The notes under the pieces were generated by a model that did no database searches, had not been told where the DNA came from, and worked only from the letters and a program-made list of their open reading frames with translations. Position numbers and translations under genes: made by a program. 62,550 nt of DNA from a virus (lineage: Duplodnaviria; Caudoviricetes): IMG/VR virus record IMGVR_UViG_3300020045_014212, positions 1 to 62,550 of that record; one strand, given 5' to 3'. Below, one piece after another: positions 16,565 to 26,956 of the stretch (position 1 is the stretch's first letter; each line of letters begins with the position of its first letter).

Positions 16565-18255
16565 GCAACAGAAGTCTATCTCTATATCAATCAAATGGCA
16601 AAAGTAAACTATACTCCAAATTAAAATCAGGGGTAAAGAGTATTGTTGTTGTCTCGCCAACAGGTAGTGGCAAATCTGTTGTATGCTCATCGGTTTCATC
16701 GGACTATCTTAATAACCAGCACACCAAACTTTTACTACAAATAGTAGGCGACACAGTAAGGTATGCCAAAAAAGTCTTAATATTAGTTCACAGAGAAGAG
16801 TTGCTTAACCAAATGCGCGAAAAGCATTTTGAGTGGTTCGGCATAATACCTGAATTAATTGACGCCGGAACACGTTATCTTTCTAATGTAGGAGTTTATA
16901 TTGCAATGGTTGAGACACTTAACAACCGCACTGACGATCAATCATTCTTGAACCAAATTGGAGAAGTGGGATTATTAATGGTTGACGAATGCCACCTTTC
17001 TAATTTCTCTAAAATATTCCCACATTTTCCCGAAGCTATTAGAATAGGATTTACTGCAACTCCTATTTCTGCAAATAAAAAATTACCACTTAATGAACAG
17101 TGGGATGATATTGTGGTTTTGGCTACAGTTCCAGAGTTATTGGAAGTGAATAGGTTAGACGCCGGAAGAGGAGTTGTTCCTTGTATTGATTATGGCTTCT
17201 CCATTGTTGACAGGGCTAAATTAAAAACTAAAGGTGACGACTTTGACGATAAATCAAACTCGCTAGAGTTCTCTAAGCTCGAACAGATACAGAACACAAT
17301 TGACGCAATAAATCAAGTAGCTTACAATAAAAAGATAGTTATATTTAACTCTGATATTGACCATTCTCTGCGAGTCCACAAGCGCTTACTAGAACTTGGC
17401 TACAATAGCAGACACCTTGATTCCAACAAAAAAGGAATGTATGCCTCGGATTCATACAGAAAAGATACTTTAGGAAAATGGATTGAAAACGAACCTAATG
17501 CAATACTTAACAACGTAGGAATTGCAACAATCGGAACAGATATACCTTCATTGGAGTGTGGGGTTTTTAACTATTGCACAAAATCAATAACCAAGTACAA
17601 ACAGTGCCTCGGAAGGCCGGCCCGTCCTTTCCAATACAAAGACGGGAGTTATAAGAGTCACTTCATTTGGATTGACACTGGAGATAATATCAAAGCTGGT
17701 GGAAATTGGAGATTTGCAGACCCGATTGATTGGGAAGATATATTTCGTAATCCTCGCAAAAAATCAAAAGCTGGAGTTGGTGGAGTTAAAACCTGTCCAG
17801 AATGCGGAGCTTTTAATTATCCTACAGCTACTGTTTGTGCCGGAATGCGAGAAAATTGGCTTACCAAAAAGATAGTGGAATGTGGTTTCGTCTTTATATT
17901 TGAAGAGAAGACTGAAGACTTATTGGAAAGGAAGTTGATACGGTACTCATCAGACATAGATGTTGCTGCATGTATTGAATTTTTCAAAGACAGTAAGGAA
18001 TTTCGTTCTTATAATGAATTATTCAAGCAGATAGCAAACTCCATAAGGTCGCAAGTGGAAGGTGAGTATCTTGATGATTTAGAACTGAAGGCAGCACTCG
18101 AACTAACATATCGAAAATGCACTGAATGGTTCAAACTCAAGGGTCGTAGAAAGTATGAAAATTTCCGCAAAGACGTTGAAAACAGAATACTCAACGAATT
18201 AAACAAACTCAATTTCAAAATAGACGTAGAAGAATATGAATCAATTCAATTATAA
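16549..18255 (+). CDS. SF2 DExH helicase with C-terminal zinc finger
   Basis: SPTGSGKS, VHREEL, DECH, TATP, Q..GR..R, CPECG. Confidence 0.92.
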   Translation: MYKPLGNRSLSLYQSNGKSKLYSKLKSGVKSIVVVSPTGSGKSVVCSSVSSDYLNNQHTKLLLQIVGDTVRYAKKVLILVHREELLNQMREKHFEWFGIIPELIDAGTRYLSNVGVYIAMVETLNNRTDDQSFLNQIGEVGLLMVDECHLSNFSKIFPHFPEAIRIGFTATPISANKKLPLNEQWDDIVVLATVPELLEVNRLDAGRGVVPCIDYGFSIVDRAKLKTKGDDFDDKSNSLEFSKLEQIQNTIDAINQVAYNKKIVIFNSDIDHSLRVHKRLLELGYNSRHLDSNKKGMYASDSYRKDTLGKWIENEPNAILNNVGIATIGTDIPSLECGVFNYCTKSITKYKQCLGRPARPFQYKDGSYKSHFIWIDTGDNIKAGGNWRFADPIDWEDIFRNPRKKSKAGVGGVKTCPECGAFNYPTATVCAGMRENWLTKKIVECGFVFIFEEKTEDLLERKLIRYSSDIDVAACIEFFKDSKEFRSYNELFKQIANSIRSQVEGEYLDDLELKAALELTYRKCTEWFKLKGRRKYENFRKDVENRILNELNKLNFKIDVEEYESIQL

Positions 18256-19294
18256 TTGGAATCTTAAAGATGCCATTTTTACTAAAGATAAAGGAACTGT
18301 TTTCAGTTGTTTCGCATGTGGTGGTGGTTCTACTATGGGTTATAAGTTAGCTGGATTTGATGTAATTGGCTGCAACGAAATTGACCCAAGAATGATTTGG
18401 AGGTATATGATTAATCATAGGCCAAAATATCCATTTCTGGAAGGAATCCAAACATTTAAAGACCGTAATAACCTTCCTAAAGAACTGTACGAACTAACAA
18501 TCCTTGATGGCAGCCCACCATGTAGTTCCTTTTCTATGTCAGGTAATAGAGATGATGATTGGGGAAAAGACAAAGTCTTTAAAGAGGGTCAGGCAAAACA
18601 GGTTTTAGATACTTTATTTTTTGACTTTATAGAACTTGCAAAAAAACTACAACCAAAAATAGTTGTAGCGGAAAATGTCAAGGGGTTATTGATGGGTTCC
18701 GCCGACAAATACGTGAAGAAAATATATCAAGAGTTTGATAGTGCAGGATATTATTGTCAACACCACCTACTTGACGCAAGCAATATGGGTGTTCCGCAAA
18801 GAAGGGAACGTGTATTTTTTATAGCATTGAGAAAAGATCTTATGAATAATATAGGTTTTTCTGATATGTTCGGATTAACTCCAAAACTAACACTTATATT
18901 CAACGAACCTAAAATAAGGTATTCGGAAATATGCGAAGGTGAAGGTAGAAAGTTATCGGATTTTCAGTATGAATTATGGTTAAAGAAACATGATTCGGAT
19001 TTAAACTTTGGAGACATAAATAAAAGGGAGCGCGAAGGTAAAATTTCAATGTTTAATTATGCACTTATAAAACAAACTGATATATTACCAACACTTCAGG
19101 GGGATGAAAGGATAATAGAATTTGAGCGCCCAATGTTTATACCATTAACCGCAATAATTAAAGCCTCATCATTTCCACTTGATTATAATTTTTACGGAAT
19201 GAATCCTGCATATTTCTGCGGAATGAGCGTCCCTCCGTTAATGACAGCTAATATAGCCACTGAAATATATAATCAATGGATAACAAAATTCTAA
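18236..19294 (+). CDS. C5-cytosine DNA methyltransferase
   Basis: FACGGG, GSPPC, ENV, PQRRERVF, GMSVPP. Confidence 0.93.
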   Translation: MNQFNYNWNLKDAIFTKDKGTVFSCFACGGGSTMGYKLAGFDVIGCNEIDPRMIWRYMINHRPKYPFLEGIQTFKDRNNLPKELYELTILDGSPPCSSFSMSGNRDDDWGKDKVFKEGQAKQVLDTLFFDFIELAKKLQPKIVVAENVKGLLMGSADKYVKKIYQEFDSAGYYCQHHLLDASNMGVPQRRERVFFIALRKDLMNNIGFSDMFGLTPKLTLIFNEPKIRYSEICEGEGRKLSDFQYELWLKKHDSDLNFGDINKREREGKISMFNYALIKQTDILPTLQGDERIIEFERPMFIPLTAIIKASSFPLDYNFYGMNPAYFCGMSVPPLMTANIATEIYNQWITKF

Positions 19295-19635
19295 GGGTTA
19301 TTTCAAATTCTCAACAGAAATGGAAGTGGGTTCATAAAGGGACTATACTTACTTTCATTGATGGTAGGTGGAGGTGGAAAACCGATTCGTTCTTAAAATC
19401 ACTTTCGCAAGAAGAAGTGGACTTGGGTGACTTTTCCGTGTTACCATACTGGAAGGAATTATCATGGTGGGAGGCTAAAAACTTGCCACAATTCCTTGAA
19501 AGAAACGGTGAATACTTTAATGCCAAGTGGAATGGTTTTGGCGGGAATTGGGTGTGTAATTTGGGATTTGGATGGATTGAACCCGTAGGATACAACGTAG
19601 CAACTAAAGAAGATTATATTAACTCAATACTTTAA
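19276..19635 (+). CDS. Trp-rich hypothetical protein
   Basis: ORF in operon. Confidence 0.6.
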   Translation: MDNKILRVISNSQQKWKWVHKGTILTFIDGRWRWKTDSFLKSLSQEEVDLGDFSVLPYWKELSWWEAKNLPQFLERNGEYFNAKWNGFGGNWVCNLGFGWIEPVGYNVATKEDYINSIL

Positions 19636-19639
19636 CAAC

Positions 19640-19828
19640 ATGGCCAAAATAGAACAAGACAGCTTCGAACACTCGATGCGCCACCAATTAAATTTCAGAA
19701 AGGTATCAATGACTGGCAAATCTCGTAAAGAGAAAAAAGGTTTGATTGCTCAAACCTTAGAAATTCAATTTGGATTTAATCGTAAACAGGATAACTTCGC
19801 AAAGACTAAGCAGTTGGGTTTATTTTGA
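19640..19828 (+). CDS. Hypothetical protein
   Basis: Last ORF of the plus operon; ends QLGLF, a clamp-binding-motif-like sequence. Confidence 0.6.
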   Translation: MAKIEQDSFEHSMRHQLNFRKVSMTGKSRKEKKGLIAQTLEIQFGFNRKQDNFAKTKQLGLF

Positions 19829-20261
19829 CATACCCATCCGAATCCCTTTCCATTCTAATCAATTCTTGCCACTTTTTACCAAAGGTAATTTCAAAGTGCG
19901 GCTTATCCTTGAATGATTTGAAAGTACCACCCCAAGTAATTCCATACTTTTTGCAAAGTGGCGCAAGTAATTCCATGTGAAAATTCCAGTCAACTACCTT
20001 ATCATCAAGTTCACACAAATCTATTGCGAGGCCGTAATTGTGGTATGATTGACCGGCTTGAGAATTTGTAACTATCGAACCTTTTTCACTTCTACCCTGA
20101 TTGTATAGCTTCTGCTGTTCTTCAAATGTACGAAGTCCCTGCATAATCCTGAACGTATATTCTGGATTTAATGCTTCTGCCTCGTCTATGAATGCCTCGA
20201 ATTTGGAACGAACCAAAGGATGAAGTTTCTTGATTCGTTCTCTAGATATTAGGTCGCGCAC
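19806..20261 (-). CDS. Endolysin, M15 family L-Ala-D-Glu peptidase-like
   Basis: LHP, GLRTFEEQ..LY.QGR, SYHNYGLAID, WGG, D.PHFE. Confidence 0.92.
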   Translation of the reverse strand: MRDLISRERIKKLHPLVRSKFEAFIDEAEALNPEYTFRIMQGLRTFEEQQKLYNQGRSEKGSIVTNSQAGQSYHNYGLAIDLCELDDKVVDWNFHMELLAPLCKKYGITWGGTFKSFKDKPHFEITFGKKWQELIRMERDSDGYVKINPTA

Positions 20262-20811
20262 GATTGAGGATTTTAATGATTAGAAGAGCAATGATGAATA
20301 GAAGCAATAGTCCAGAGGCTGTAAGCGCAAAGTTTTTCCAAAAATCCATCTTGCTATCAAGTTCGGAACATTCTTTAACCTTAGCGTTAAATTTATTCTC
20401 CCAAAATCTTGCAGCTGTTGAGTCAAATACCTCGATAGTAACAATTGAATCTCTGTAAATGGTATCGTGAACAGGAACAACCCTTACTCTTGACAAATCA
20501 ATTTTCTCCTGCGACTTTTTATCCAGCAACCCTTTCAGAATAGATAGTGAATCACAGTTAACAAAAACGTTTGTATCTCCAGCAACAATCCTTGTTTTAA
20601 TGATAGTCTTCGGTTCTTTCCTGATGCAGGGATACCAAAGCATACCCAAAGAGTCGCTTGCAATTGGATACTTTTTTAATATGAGGTTGTGTTGTTTGTT
20701 GAACTTCTTAACTCTGTATCCGACACCACAAGATATAAATATCAGGCACGAAACAAGAAATGTAAGGATAAAAAATCCTTTATTTGTCCTCTCCCTTAAT
20801 TGTTGTTTCAT
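20242..20811 (-). CDS. Putative unimolecular spanin
   Basis: N-terminal hydrophobic signal ending in FISC plus a C-terminal TM helix; next to the endolysin. Confidence 0.6.
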   Translation of the reverse strand: MKQQLRERTNKGFFILTFLVSCLIFISCGVGYRVKKFNKQHNLILKKYPIASDSLGMLWYPCIRKEPKTIIKTRIVAGDTNVFVNCDSLSILKGLLDKKSQEKIDLSRVRVVPVHDTIYRDSIVTIEVFDSTAARFWENKFNAKVKECSELDSKMDFWKNFALTASGLLLLFIIALLIIKILNRARPNI

Positions 20812-21193
20812 TTGTGGTTGTTGTTGTGGTTGTTGATGTACTCTCGATTGTTTCGCCAAGTATCTTTGATAGTTTCTTAGATGCATTACCCATTACTGCT
20901 ATCAGTAACGACTGGCCGAAATACCCTGCCATAAAAAACCCTAAACCAAGATACTTTCCGGCCTGTTCGAGTTTTTGTATGTCCGACTTGGCTACCATCA
21001 AAGCTATCACAAATGCAATGGAAGTGAAAACAGACGCCCACTCCATAGAAAAGTAAGCTCCAATATCATTCATCATTCCACTTCCTTTCCCGAGAACAAA
21101 TCCGGCCTTTTTAAGTGTATTTATTTTAATAAGACTGTGGATTACTATTCCAAGGAATCCGAGCGCAATAAGCGATAAGTTTGTGGTGTTCAT
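20780..21193 (-). CDS. Putative holin
   Basis: About three TM segments and a charged/Thr-rich tail; lysis cluster. Confidence 0.6.
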   Translation of the reverse strand: MNTTNLSLIALGFLGIVIHSLIKINTLKKAGFVLGKGSGMMNDIGAYFSMEWASVFTSIAFVIALMVAKSDIQKLEQAGKYLGLGFFMAGYFGQSLLIAVMGNASKKLSKILGETIESTSTTTTTTTNETTIKGEDK

Positions 21194-21456
21194 CTTTTTA
21201 TATTTATTAAGTCAATTCGTTCGTTTGTTGAGCGTATATCCTTTTTAACATCTACAATAGAATTTTTAATATCTGTTATAGATACACTTGTTGCACTAGC
21301 ATCTTTTTTGAAGGAATTTATTTCCACCATAAGATGAACATATCCGTTTACCACAAATATTGCAGTAGAAAGAAATGGGATTAGTATGCTAAGTATAACC
21401 TTATATGTTAGCCCCCTTATCTCTCTTGAAAGTATATCATGTTCACTTCCACTCAT
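21190..21456 (-). CDS. Single-TM coiled-coil protein (holin/antiholin-like)
   Basis: One TM helix then coiled coil; lysis cluster. Confidence 0.5.
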   Translation of the reverse strand: MSGSEHDILSREIRGLTYKVILSILIPFLSTAIFVVNGYVHLMVEINSFKKDASATSVSITDIKNSIVDVKKDIRSTNERIDLINIKR

Positions 21457-21785
21457 AAATGTATCTTGCCGTTTATTGCGTTTTCAGATATGGTAACATA
21501 AGTTCCTTCTGGAGTATTGGCATCCCATCCTTCATACGCCTCGCCGGATATTTCGAGATTGTTTTTGTACAGGATTTTAGAATCCTCATCTCGCAATTCG
21601 TAGTAAAAACGAGCAAAACCTTTCAGGTCGTCAAATATGACGTATGCATACAATCTCGTAGCATCGCCACTTAATGTTTCAAGTGGCTGTATTTGACAAT
21701 ACTGATACTTGTTTATGGTATCTTGTTTAATTGTCTGCCCGAAAGACGCTATCGGGAACATTAGAAGAATTAATAGCTTTTTCAT
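21453..21785 (-). CDS. Signal-peptide protein, possible fibre-associated chaperone
   Basis: MKKLLILLMFPIASFG-Q Sec-type signal; directly downstream of the fibre-like gene. Confidence 0.6.
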   Translation of the reverse strand: MKKLLILLMFPIASFGQTIKQDTINKYQYCQIQPLETLSGDATRLYAYVIFDDLKGFARFYYELRDEDSKILYKNNLEISGEAYEGWDANTPEGTYVTISENAINGKIHL

Positions 21786-21786
21786 A

Positions 21787-23304
21787 TTAGTAGAAAATTG
21801 TTATTCTGTAAATTGATACATCTGCCGTTTCTGTAACCCCTGCGGCGTTTACGGAGTTTACTATATATCCAACTCCTGCACTTGGGGTTATTTGTAATTG
21901 AACACCAACTGCCACTGAACCATTTATATCTAATATAGAATAGGAAAATGAAGTTCCAGACAACACGCTTGTATTAGAAACAATAGCTCCGCCTGATGAA
22001 AGTGTAATATCGGCTTTGTCTATAATTTTATTTATAGGTTTGTATTTCTTGTAGACTTTTGTTGAATTATCTAAAACGAGCAAACTATCAGATATTGCAC
22101 CTGCCGACATTGTTGATGCATAAATACTTCCATTGGTTATCTGAAGCGGGTTGCCATTATCTGTAGTTGAGCCTATTATCAGGTTTCCGAGTAATGTACT
22201 TTTAGCGGTTCCAGAACTAGAGTATGCAGTTCCTGAATTGTTTGTAGCATGACAGAATCTATAATCTGTTGCCAAAGTCAATGTTATATCTTTATTTGTA
22301 AGTGTTCCCGTTGTTGCAGATGCACTCCCTGTTTGATTTATAAGTCCAACATCCGAAAGCACAAATCTCTGACACGAGCCTGTTGTTGGTGAAAATCCCC
22401 CATTCAATCCAGAGTAATAACCAAGTCCAAATAAGTTTAATGTTCCAGATGTTGCGGTAACGTGACCTCCGCCTATAAGGGTTCCAAAAGAATAGTTAAT
22501 AGAGTTGATTGCATTAAGAGCTCTACCACTTCCATATATTGCAGTAGTTGTAGATGTTGAATTTGGTGGATTTATTCCAATAGTAGAAAAGAAGAATGCC
22601 TCCTGTGTTATAGCCGGCTGCGTTGTACTTGCAGTAGTTCCACCTAACTGTATAAATGGAATATTTGAAGTGTATTGCGTTCCTCTTCCTATTCCTATCA
22701 AAACCCCATTAGACTGAACAGCCCCACCTGTACTTAGATTTGTAAATATCCTTGATGACTCTGCGTTAGAGTTCATAAAATAACCAACTCTAGCACCCCT
22801 TGATACACTATCAACAGTTATATTATATACTATGTGTTTAAGGTTGTTACTATCAATTGTTCCTCCTACCATAGCGGCTCCAAGTGAGTTTCCATTAACC
22901 CTCCAGAGATTTGTATTAGCATACGTTCTTGTAATTACATTTACAGAAGTATCTGAATATGGAATCTTAAGTGAATTGGCGTGAACAGAAGCGAATTTAG
23001 TAGAATCGACAGTAAGCGAGCCTGACGATGTTATTGGAGTTGTTGAAGTGAATCCAAATGCCGGAGTTATTGAAGTTACGGTTCCAAGTCCAATCGTTTT
23101 TGTCCTAAGTTCCAAAGTTCCATTTGCCGTTACGCCAAGTACCTTATTGGTATCTGACGAAGCCAATGATGGCAACCTCAGAACATATGGTATTAAAATG
23201 GAGCCTGTAGTTTTTCCAGTGTCGGTTGTTCTTCCGGTTGCGAATGGAATGTAGGACTGGCCAAATGCAGAACAAGAAAGTAGAAGTAGTATCAAGGTTC
23301 TCAT
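21787..23304 (-). CDS. Tail fibre/adhesin-like protein with N-terminal signal peptide
   Basis: S/T/G-rich beta composition (GTVTSIT, GNLIIGSTTDNGNPLQI); MRTLILLLLSCSAFG-Q start. Confidence 0.65.
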   Translation of the reverse strand: MRTLILLLLSCSAFGQSYIPFATGRTTDTGKTTGSILIPYVLRLPSLASSDTNKVLGVTANGTLELRTKTIGLGTVTSITPAFGFTSTTPITSSGSLTVDSTKFASVHANSLKIPYSDTSVNVITRTYANTNLWRVNGNSLGAAMVGGTIDSNNLKHIVYNITVDSVSRGARVGYFMNSNAESSRIFTNLSTGGAVQSNGVLIGIGRGTQYTSNIPFIQLGGTTASTTQPAITQEAFFFSTIGINPPNSTSTTTAIYGSGRALNAINSINYSFGTLIGGGHVTATSGTLNLFGLGYYSGLNGGFSPTTGSCQRFVLSDVGLINQTGSASATTGTLTNKDITLTLATDYRFCHATNNSGTAYSSSGTAKSTLLGNLIIGSTTDNGNPLQITNGSIYASTMSAGAISDSLLVLDNSTKVYKKYKPINKIIDKADITLSSGGAIVSNTSVLSGTSFSYSILDINGSVAVGVQLQITPSAGVGYIVNSVNAAGVTETADVSIYRITIFY

Positions 23305-23648
23305 AAACGAGCTAATATTTTTTGTCCAACGAAAAATGATAAATCCCCAAGTGAAGTAATCACTCCGGTGGAAGTATTTTGCGAATAATCAACACCCAAC
23401 AAGTAAGTCTGAGTTCCAGTAGTTATACTTCGGCATGTTGTAGTAAAGAAAGAGTCGGTTAATGTAGAGCCGCCAGTTGCTACTGTAATTAGAAGACTAG
23501 AGGCTGAAGCGACATACGCCAACAAATCAGACACCGAATACTTATAATCAGTAAACGTGCTATCTCCATTATCAAAAGTGCCAACAAAATATGCGGCAGT
23601 TGTTATTGACGGACAATCTGTAATTTGGTCGAATCTAATATCAGCCAT
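23301..23648 (-). CDS. Tail-associated protein
   Basis: Thr-rich, LGVDYS motif; tail module. Confidence 0.55.
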   Translation of the reverse strand: MADIRFDQITDCPSITTAAYFVGTFDNGDSTFTDYKYSVSDLLAYVASASSLLITVATGGSTLTDSFFTTTCRSITTGTQTYLLGVDYSQNTSTGVITSLGDLSFFVGQKILARL

Positions 23649-23928
23649 TTTGAGCGTAGTTTAAACCTGATTGATTGATATAGTATGAGCCAGATTGATT
23701 GATGTAAAGGTTACCTCCTGAACTTGATACTTGAGTTTGAGTAGCATATTCATATCCAGTTACATTCTTATTTTGAACCAGAGTTTCGTCTATGTAATAA
23801 GAACTTATTGGAACATCGAGGTCTGTGATATTATTGTCGGAACAGAGTTTGATTATAAGGTCTATACTTCCGTAATACTGAAGACATATATCAAAGTTTG
23901 TCTGTCTATTTTTTCGATTGATTGTCAT
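23641..23928 (-). CDS. LysM/gpX-like baseplate protein
   Basis: QTNFDICLQYYGS...L..DN motif. Confidence 0.65.
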   Translation of the reverse strand: MTINRKNRQTNFDICLQYYGSIDLIIKLCSDNNITDLDVPISSYYIDETLVQNKNVTGYEYATQTQVSSSGGNLYINQSGSYYINQSGLNYAQNG

Positions 23929-23958
23929 TGCGAATATACGGTATTATTTTCGATTTAA

Positions 23959-24297
23959 CTAATAATTGTTAGTTATATTTGTAGTATTTATAATAAAACC
24001 ACTTCCTTGAACTGGAATTAAAGTACCGTTGTTGAGTGAATATTTATCAGAAGCCATTGTAGCTGAAAGATTTTTGCTAACTTCGCTAAGGTTAAACTCG
24101 GAGTTAACATAGTTCATAACTCCGAATCCAGTTGTAGGAAACTCCTTCAGAGAGCCAATAGAATAAACAATAAGATCTTTTTTATGTTGTTCGTCAGAGT
24201 ATCCATATGGCGTATTAAGTATAACTCCTCCAACAATATTATCGTCAAAAGGAAAATCGCCATCTTCTCTCAATAAATAATCTTCCCTAAGCGCCAT
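23959..24297 (-). CDS. Baseplate wedge/sheath initiator (gp25/gpW-like)
   Basis: SDEQH...G.LKEFP..G.G motif; position after the spike gene. Confidence 0.6.
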   Translation of the reverse strand: MALREDYLLREDGDFPFDDNIVGGVILNTPYGYSDEQHKKDLIVYSIGSLKEFPTTGFGVMNYVNSEFNLSEVSKNLSATMASDKYSLNNGTLIPVQGSGFIINTTNITNNY

Positions 24298-24895
24298 GAG
24301 TTATTTTTGAGTTTGATATTTCAGATTCAGTTGTTGGTACAATGTTAGGAACGTTCCAGATTGGGGGAGTGACTGTCAATAGTGTCTTGAGTGCCAATCC
24401 GCCATCACTCGGAACGACAACCCAGGCGGTAAATTTGGCCTGCAAGTCATTTAATATCTCCTCTAGTACATTTATCTTTTTAAGGAGTCCCACCGTTGGG
24501 TCTGCCGTATCTTTCACTTTAGCCAATCCTCCAAACTCCCCACCATTAAATTTCTGCGAACCATCTTTAATTTCATAAGATTGGTCGCCGACAACAATAA
24601 GTTTTTTTGTCAACCAAGATTTAGAAACTATAACAGGGTCTGTTATTTCAGTGAAAACAATTACGCATGTACTATTAACCTCGGGAACATCTTCATCTCC
24701 ATCAGAGGTTTCAGCCAAATATCTTACTTCTAATTCATCAATTTCTTGTGAACCATCACAAGATGAAACTCTACAAGTTTTGTTGACCTCATCAACAGAA
24801 TCAACTGTAACATCAACATACCTTACCGGCATAGCAACACCACCAACGGCAGCGCGTAGTAATCTTGCTATTTCATCAACGTTGTAAGTACTCAT
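24287..24895 (-). CDS. Baseplate central spike (gpV/gp45-like)
   Basis: N-terminal OB-like TVDSVDE...TC.V, P.V.S.C; FNGGEFGGL; VVPSDGGLALK. Confidence 0.7.
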   Translation of the reverse strand: MSTYNVDEIARLLRAAVGGVAMPVRYVDVTVDSVDEVNKTCRVSSCDGSQEIDELEVRYLAETSDGDEDVPEVNSTCVIVFTEITDPVIVSKSWLTKKLIVVGDQSYEIKDGSQKFNGGEFGGLAKVKDTADPTVGLLKKINVLEEILNDLQAKFTAWVVVPSDGGLALKTLLTVTPPIWNVPNIVPTTESEISNSKITHGA

Positions 24896-26211
24896 ATCAT
24901 TGATATTTCTGTTGTCGAAGTCGGTATTTTTATCTGTTGTTTGAAATCAAGGAATAATTCTTGCTTTAAACCATTAACTCCGCCTGTATATTTCACTTTT
25001 TTAATCTTGTATTGACCGTTTCTGTCGGCTATAAATTTATCCGTGATATTCACATTGTCATTCCACACTACAAACGGGTATCCAAGTGTAGTAAAAGAAC
25101 CTCTAAATCCGGTATAGTAGTATTTCTCCAACTCTTGTATTCCCTTCGTTGCCATTTGTTGAACAGTTGGCTCTGGTTCCGTAAGTGCTACACCGTAAAC
25201 AGTTTTGTGTCTTTCTCCGCCTTCGTTAGGTGGCAATGGGTGATTTGCGTCTATTTGAAAGTATTTGAAAGTCTCGGTTATATTGTCCCAGTAAACATAA
25301 ACTGACTTTCTGAACCTTTTTGTTGCCGCCGCTCCAGATCTTGTTGTTCTATTTGTTGCTCGTATTGTTTGGCAAGATACAACAGTAGAAACAACTACAT
25401 CTCCTTTGTTGGTGTAATCTAAGTTTTCTGACGAGATGTTATTTTGAAATTCAAAGAAGTTCCTACTGTTGGCTCTATCTTCGTCATAAACCTTAAAACA
25501 AAACCATAACTCATCTCCAACAAAAAAGCTATTAACTCCGTACCTTTGCTTTAGTTTTTGTAAAACCATAGCGCAGCTCATTGTTTGATAGTCTATGTCT
25601 AAGTATCCTAAAGAGAAGTTTTGGATTACCTCATCTGTCTTTGTGAACAATTTCAAACTCGTACCAAATAGCTTATTACAGTTGGCAAGCATTATCCGGC
25701 ACAAATCCAACATTTTGGTAGAACCGCTATTAGAAGTAGGAAATCTGGTTATACCGATAGGTGTTTTTTTGAGTAAATAAAAATTATCCTCGCAATCCAA
25801 TACTATCGGTACTTCAGAATGAACCCTTGAAATGAATCCTATAAATCTAGTCGTCTGTTCCTTTATTTCCTTTCCGGCCTCATTGAAAAATCTATATCCA
25901 TCTTCAATAATAATCTTATCTCCACGCAAGAATAATGGCGGTACTTTATTTCCATTGACAGTTCCACCAAGTATTACATTGTATGTTCCAGACTGCTGAA
26001 ACATGAACTTGTCTGTTTGAAGTATAATGTTCTTTGGAAAAGATACCGTAGCATTGCCAGTATGATTTTCCCAACCATTTTCAATCTCGTATGAATGAAC
26101 AAAATCAAGTACTATAACCGAGTTTCTTGTAACAGTAACAGACCTCCCGTTCTCTTGATAGATATACGGAGTTACTTGAGTTATTGTTATGAGAGAAAAC
26201 GGCCTAAGCAT
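24892..26211 (-). CDS. Baseplate hub (gpD/gp44-like)
   Basis: F.GFI..V, LDCEDNFY.LK, YTGFRGSFTTLG.P, G.Y.IKKV motifs. Confidence 0.75.
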   Translation of the reverse strand: MLRPFSLITITQVTPYIYQENGRSVTVTRNSVIVLDFVHSYEIENGWENHTGNATVSFPKNIILQTDKFMFQQSGTYNVILGGTVNGNKVPPLFLRGDKIIIEDGYRFFNEAGKEIKEQTTRFIGFISRVHSEVPIVLDCEDNFYLLKKTPIGITRFPTSNSGSTKMLDLCRIMLANCNKLFGTSLKLFTKTDEVIQNFSLGYLDIDYQTMSCAMVLQKLKQRYGVNSFFVGDELWFCFKVYDEDRANSRNFFEFQNNISSENLDYTNKGDVVVSTVVSCQTIRATNRTTRSGAAATKRFRKSVYVYWDNITETFKYFQIDANHPLPPNEGGERHKTVYGVALTEPEPTVQQMATKGIQELEKYYYTGFRGSFTTLGYPFVVWNDNVNITDKFIADRNGQYKIKKVKYTGGVNGLKQELFLDFKQQIKIPTSTTEISMI

Positions 26212-26956
26212 TAGCTATTTTTATAACGAGAGGTTTATCTGAAACGGTACTAATTACTATTCTTTGCGCCGAATATTCACCTTCAACTTGTTCGATATTC
26301 ATATTCTCAACACACAAGTATTGAATCCCTAGTTGCTCCAACCACCAGCATCTGATTGGAAGGGCAATGGGTGCATTTACCAGCTTCATTATTGAAGCTA
26401 TATTATCTCTAGGATAGACTCCGTCCTGATTTACCTTTTGAATGTTTGGAGATACCGGCGCGTCAGCCGTAATGATTGCCCTTATATCAACCCTCCAGTC
26501 ATTCATTCCGATAGACTCCTTTATGGTTCCTTGGTCGCGTCCTGATATTGAGGTTTTTTCGATTATTTTGTCAAGTGACGCTGATATTACAACTGTTTCA
26601 AAAACAACATCTGGAATAGTCTGCTGAACTCCTGCCATATCGGTATAGATTCCACCTATAAATTCCAATGCACACAAAACCGGAATACCCGACAGAGAGG
26701 AGGACATTCTGCCATCCCATCTTGCTGATTTTAAAAAAATACCGTTATGTTCTTCTGCGTCAGGTGTATATGATGAAGGTTGTTCAAGTTCAGGGAAATC
26801 GTGATTTAAAAGTGCTCGTTGATTCGCTTCTGCATACGCTATACCAATACCATATAACCTTCCGAATGCCTGTTGTTTGGCGACAGAAAGTAATGATATG
26901 CCATTGAAAAATTTCAATGGAACATTTGGTGTTGGAGAATTTGGTATGTTATACAT
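26204..26956 (-). CDS. Tail tube initiator-like protein (DUF6046-like)
   Basis: K.IEKT.I.GRD.GTIKE.I..DW.V motif; follows the tape measure gene. Confidence 0.65.
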   Translation of the reverse strand: MYNIPNSPTPNVPLKFFNGISLLSVAKQQAFGRLYGIGIAYAEANQRALLNHDFPELEQPSSYTPDAEEHNGIFLKSARWDGRMSSSLSGIPVLCALEFIGGIYTDMAGVQQTIPDVVFETVVISASLDKIIEKTSISGRDQGTIKESIGMNDWRVDIRAIITADAPVSPNIQKVNQDGVYPRDNIASIMKLVNAPIALPIRCWWLEQLGIQYLCVENMNIEQVEGEYSAQRIVISTVSDKPLVIKIANA

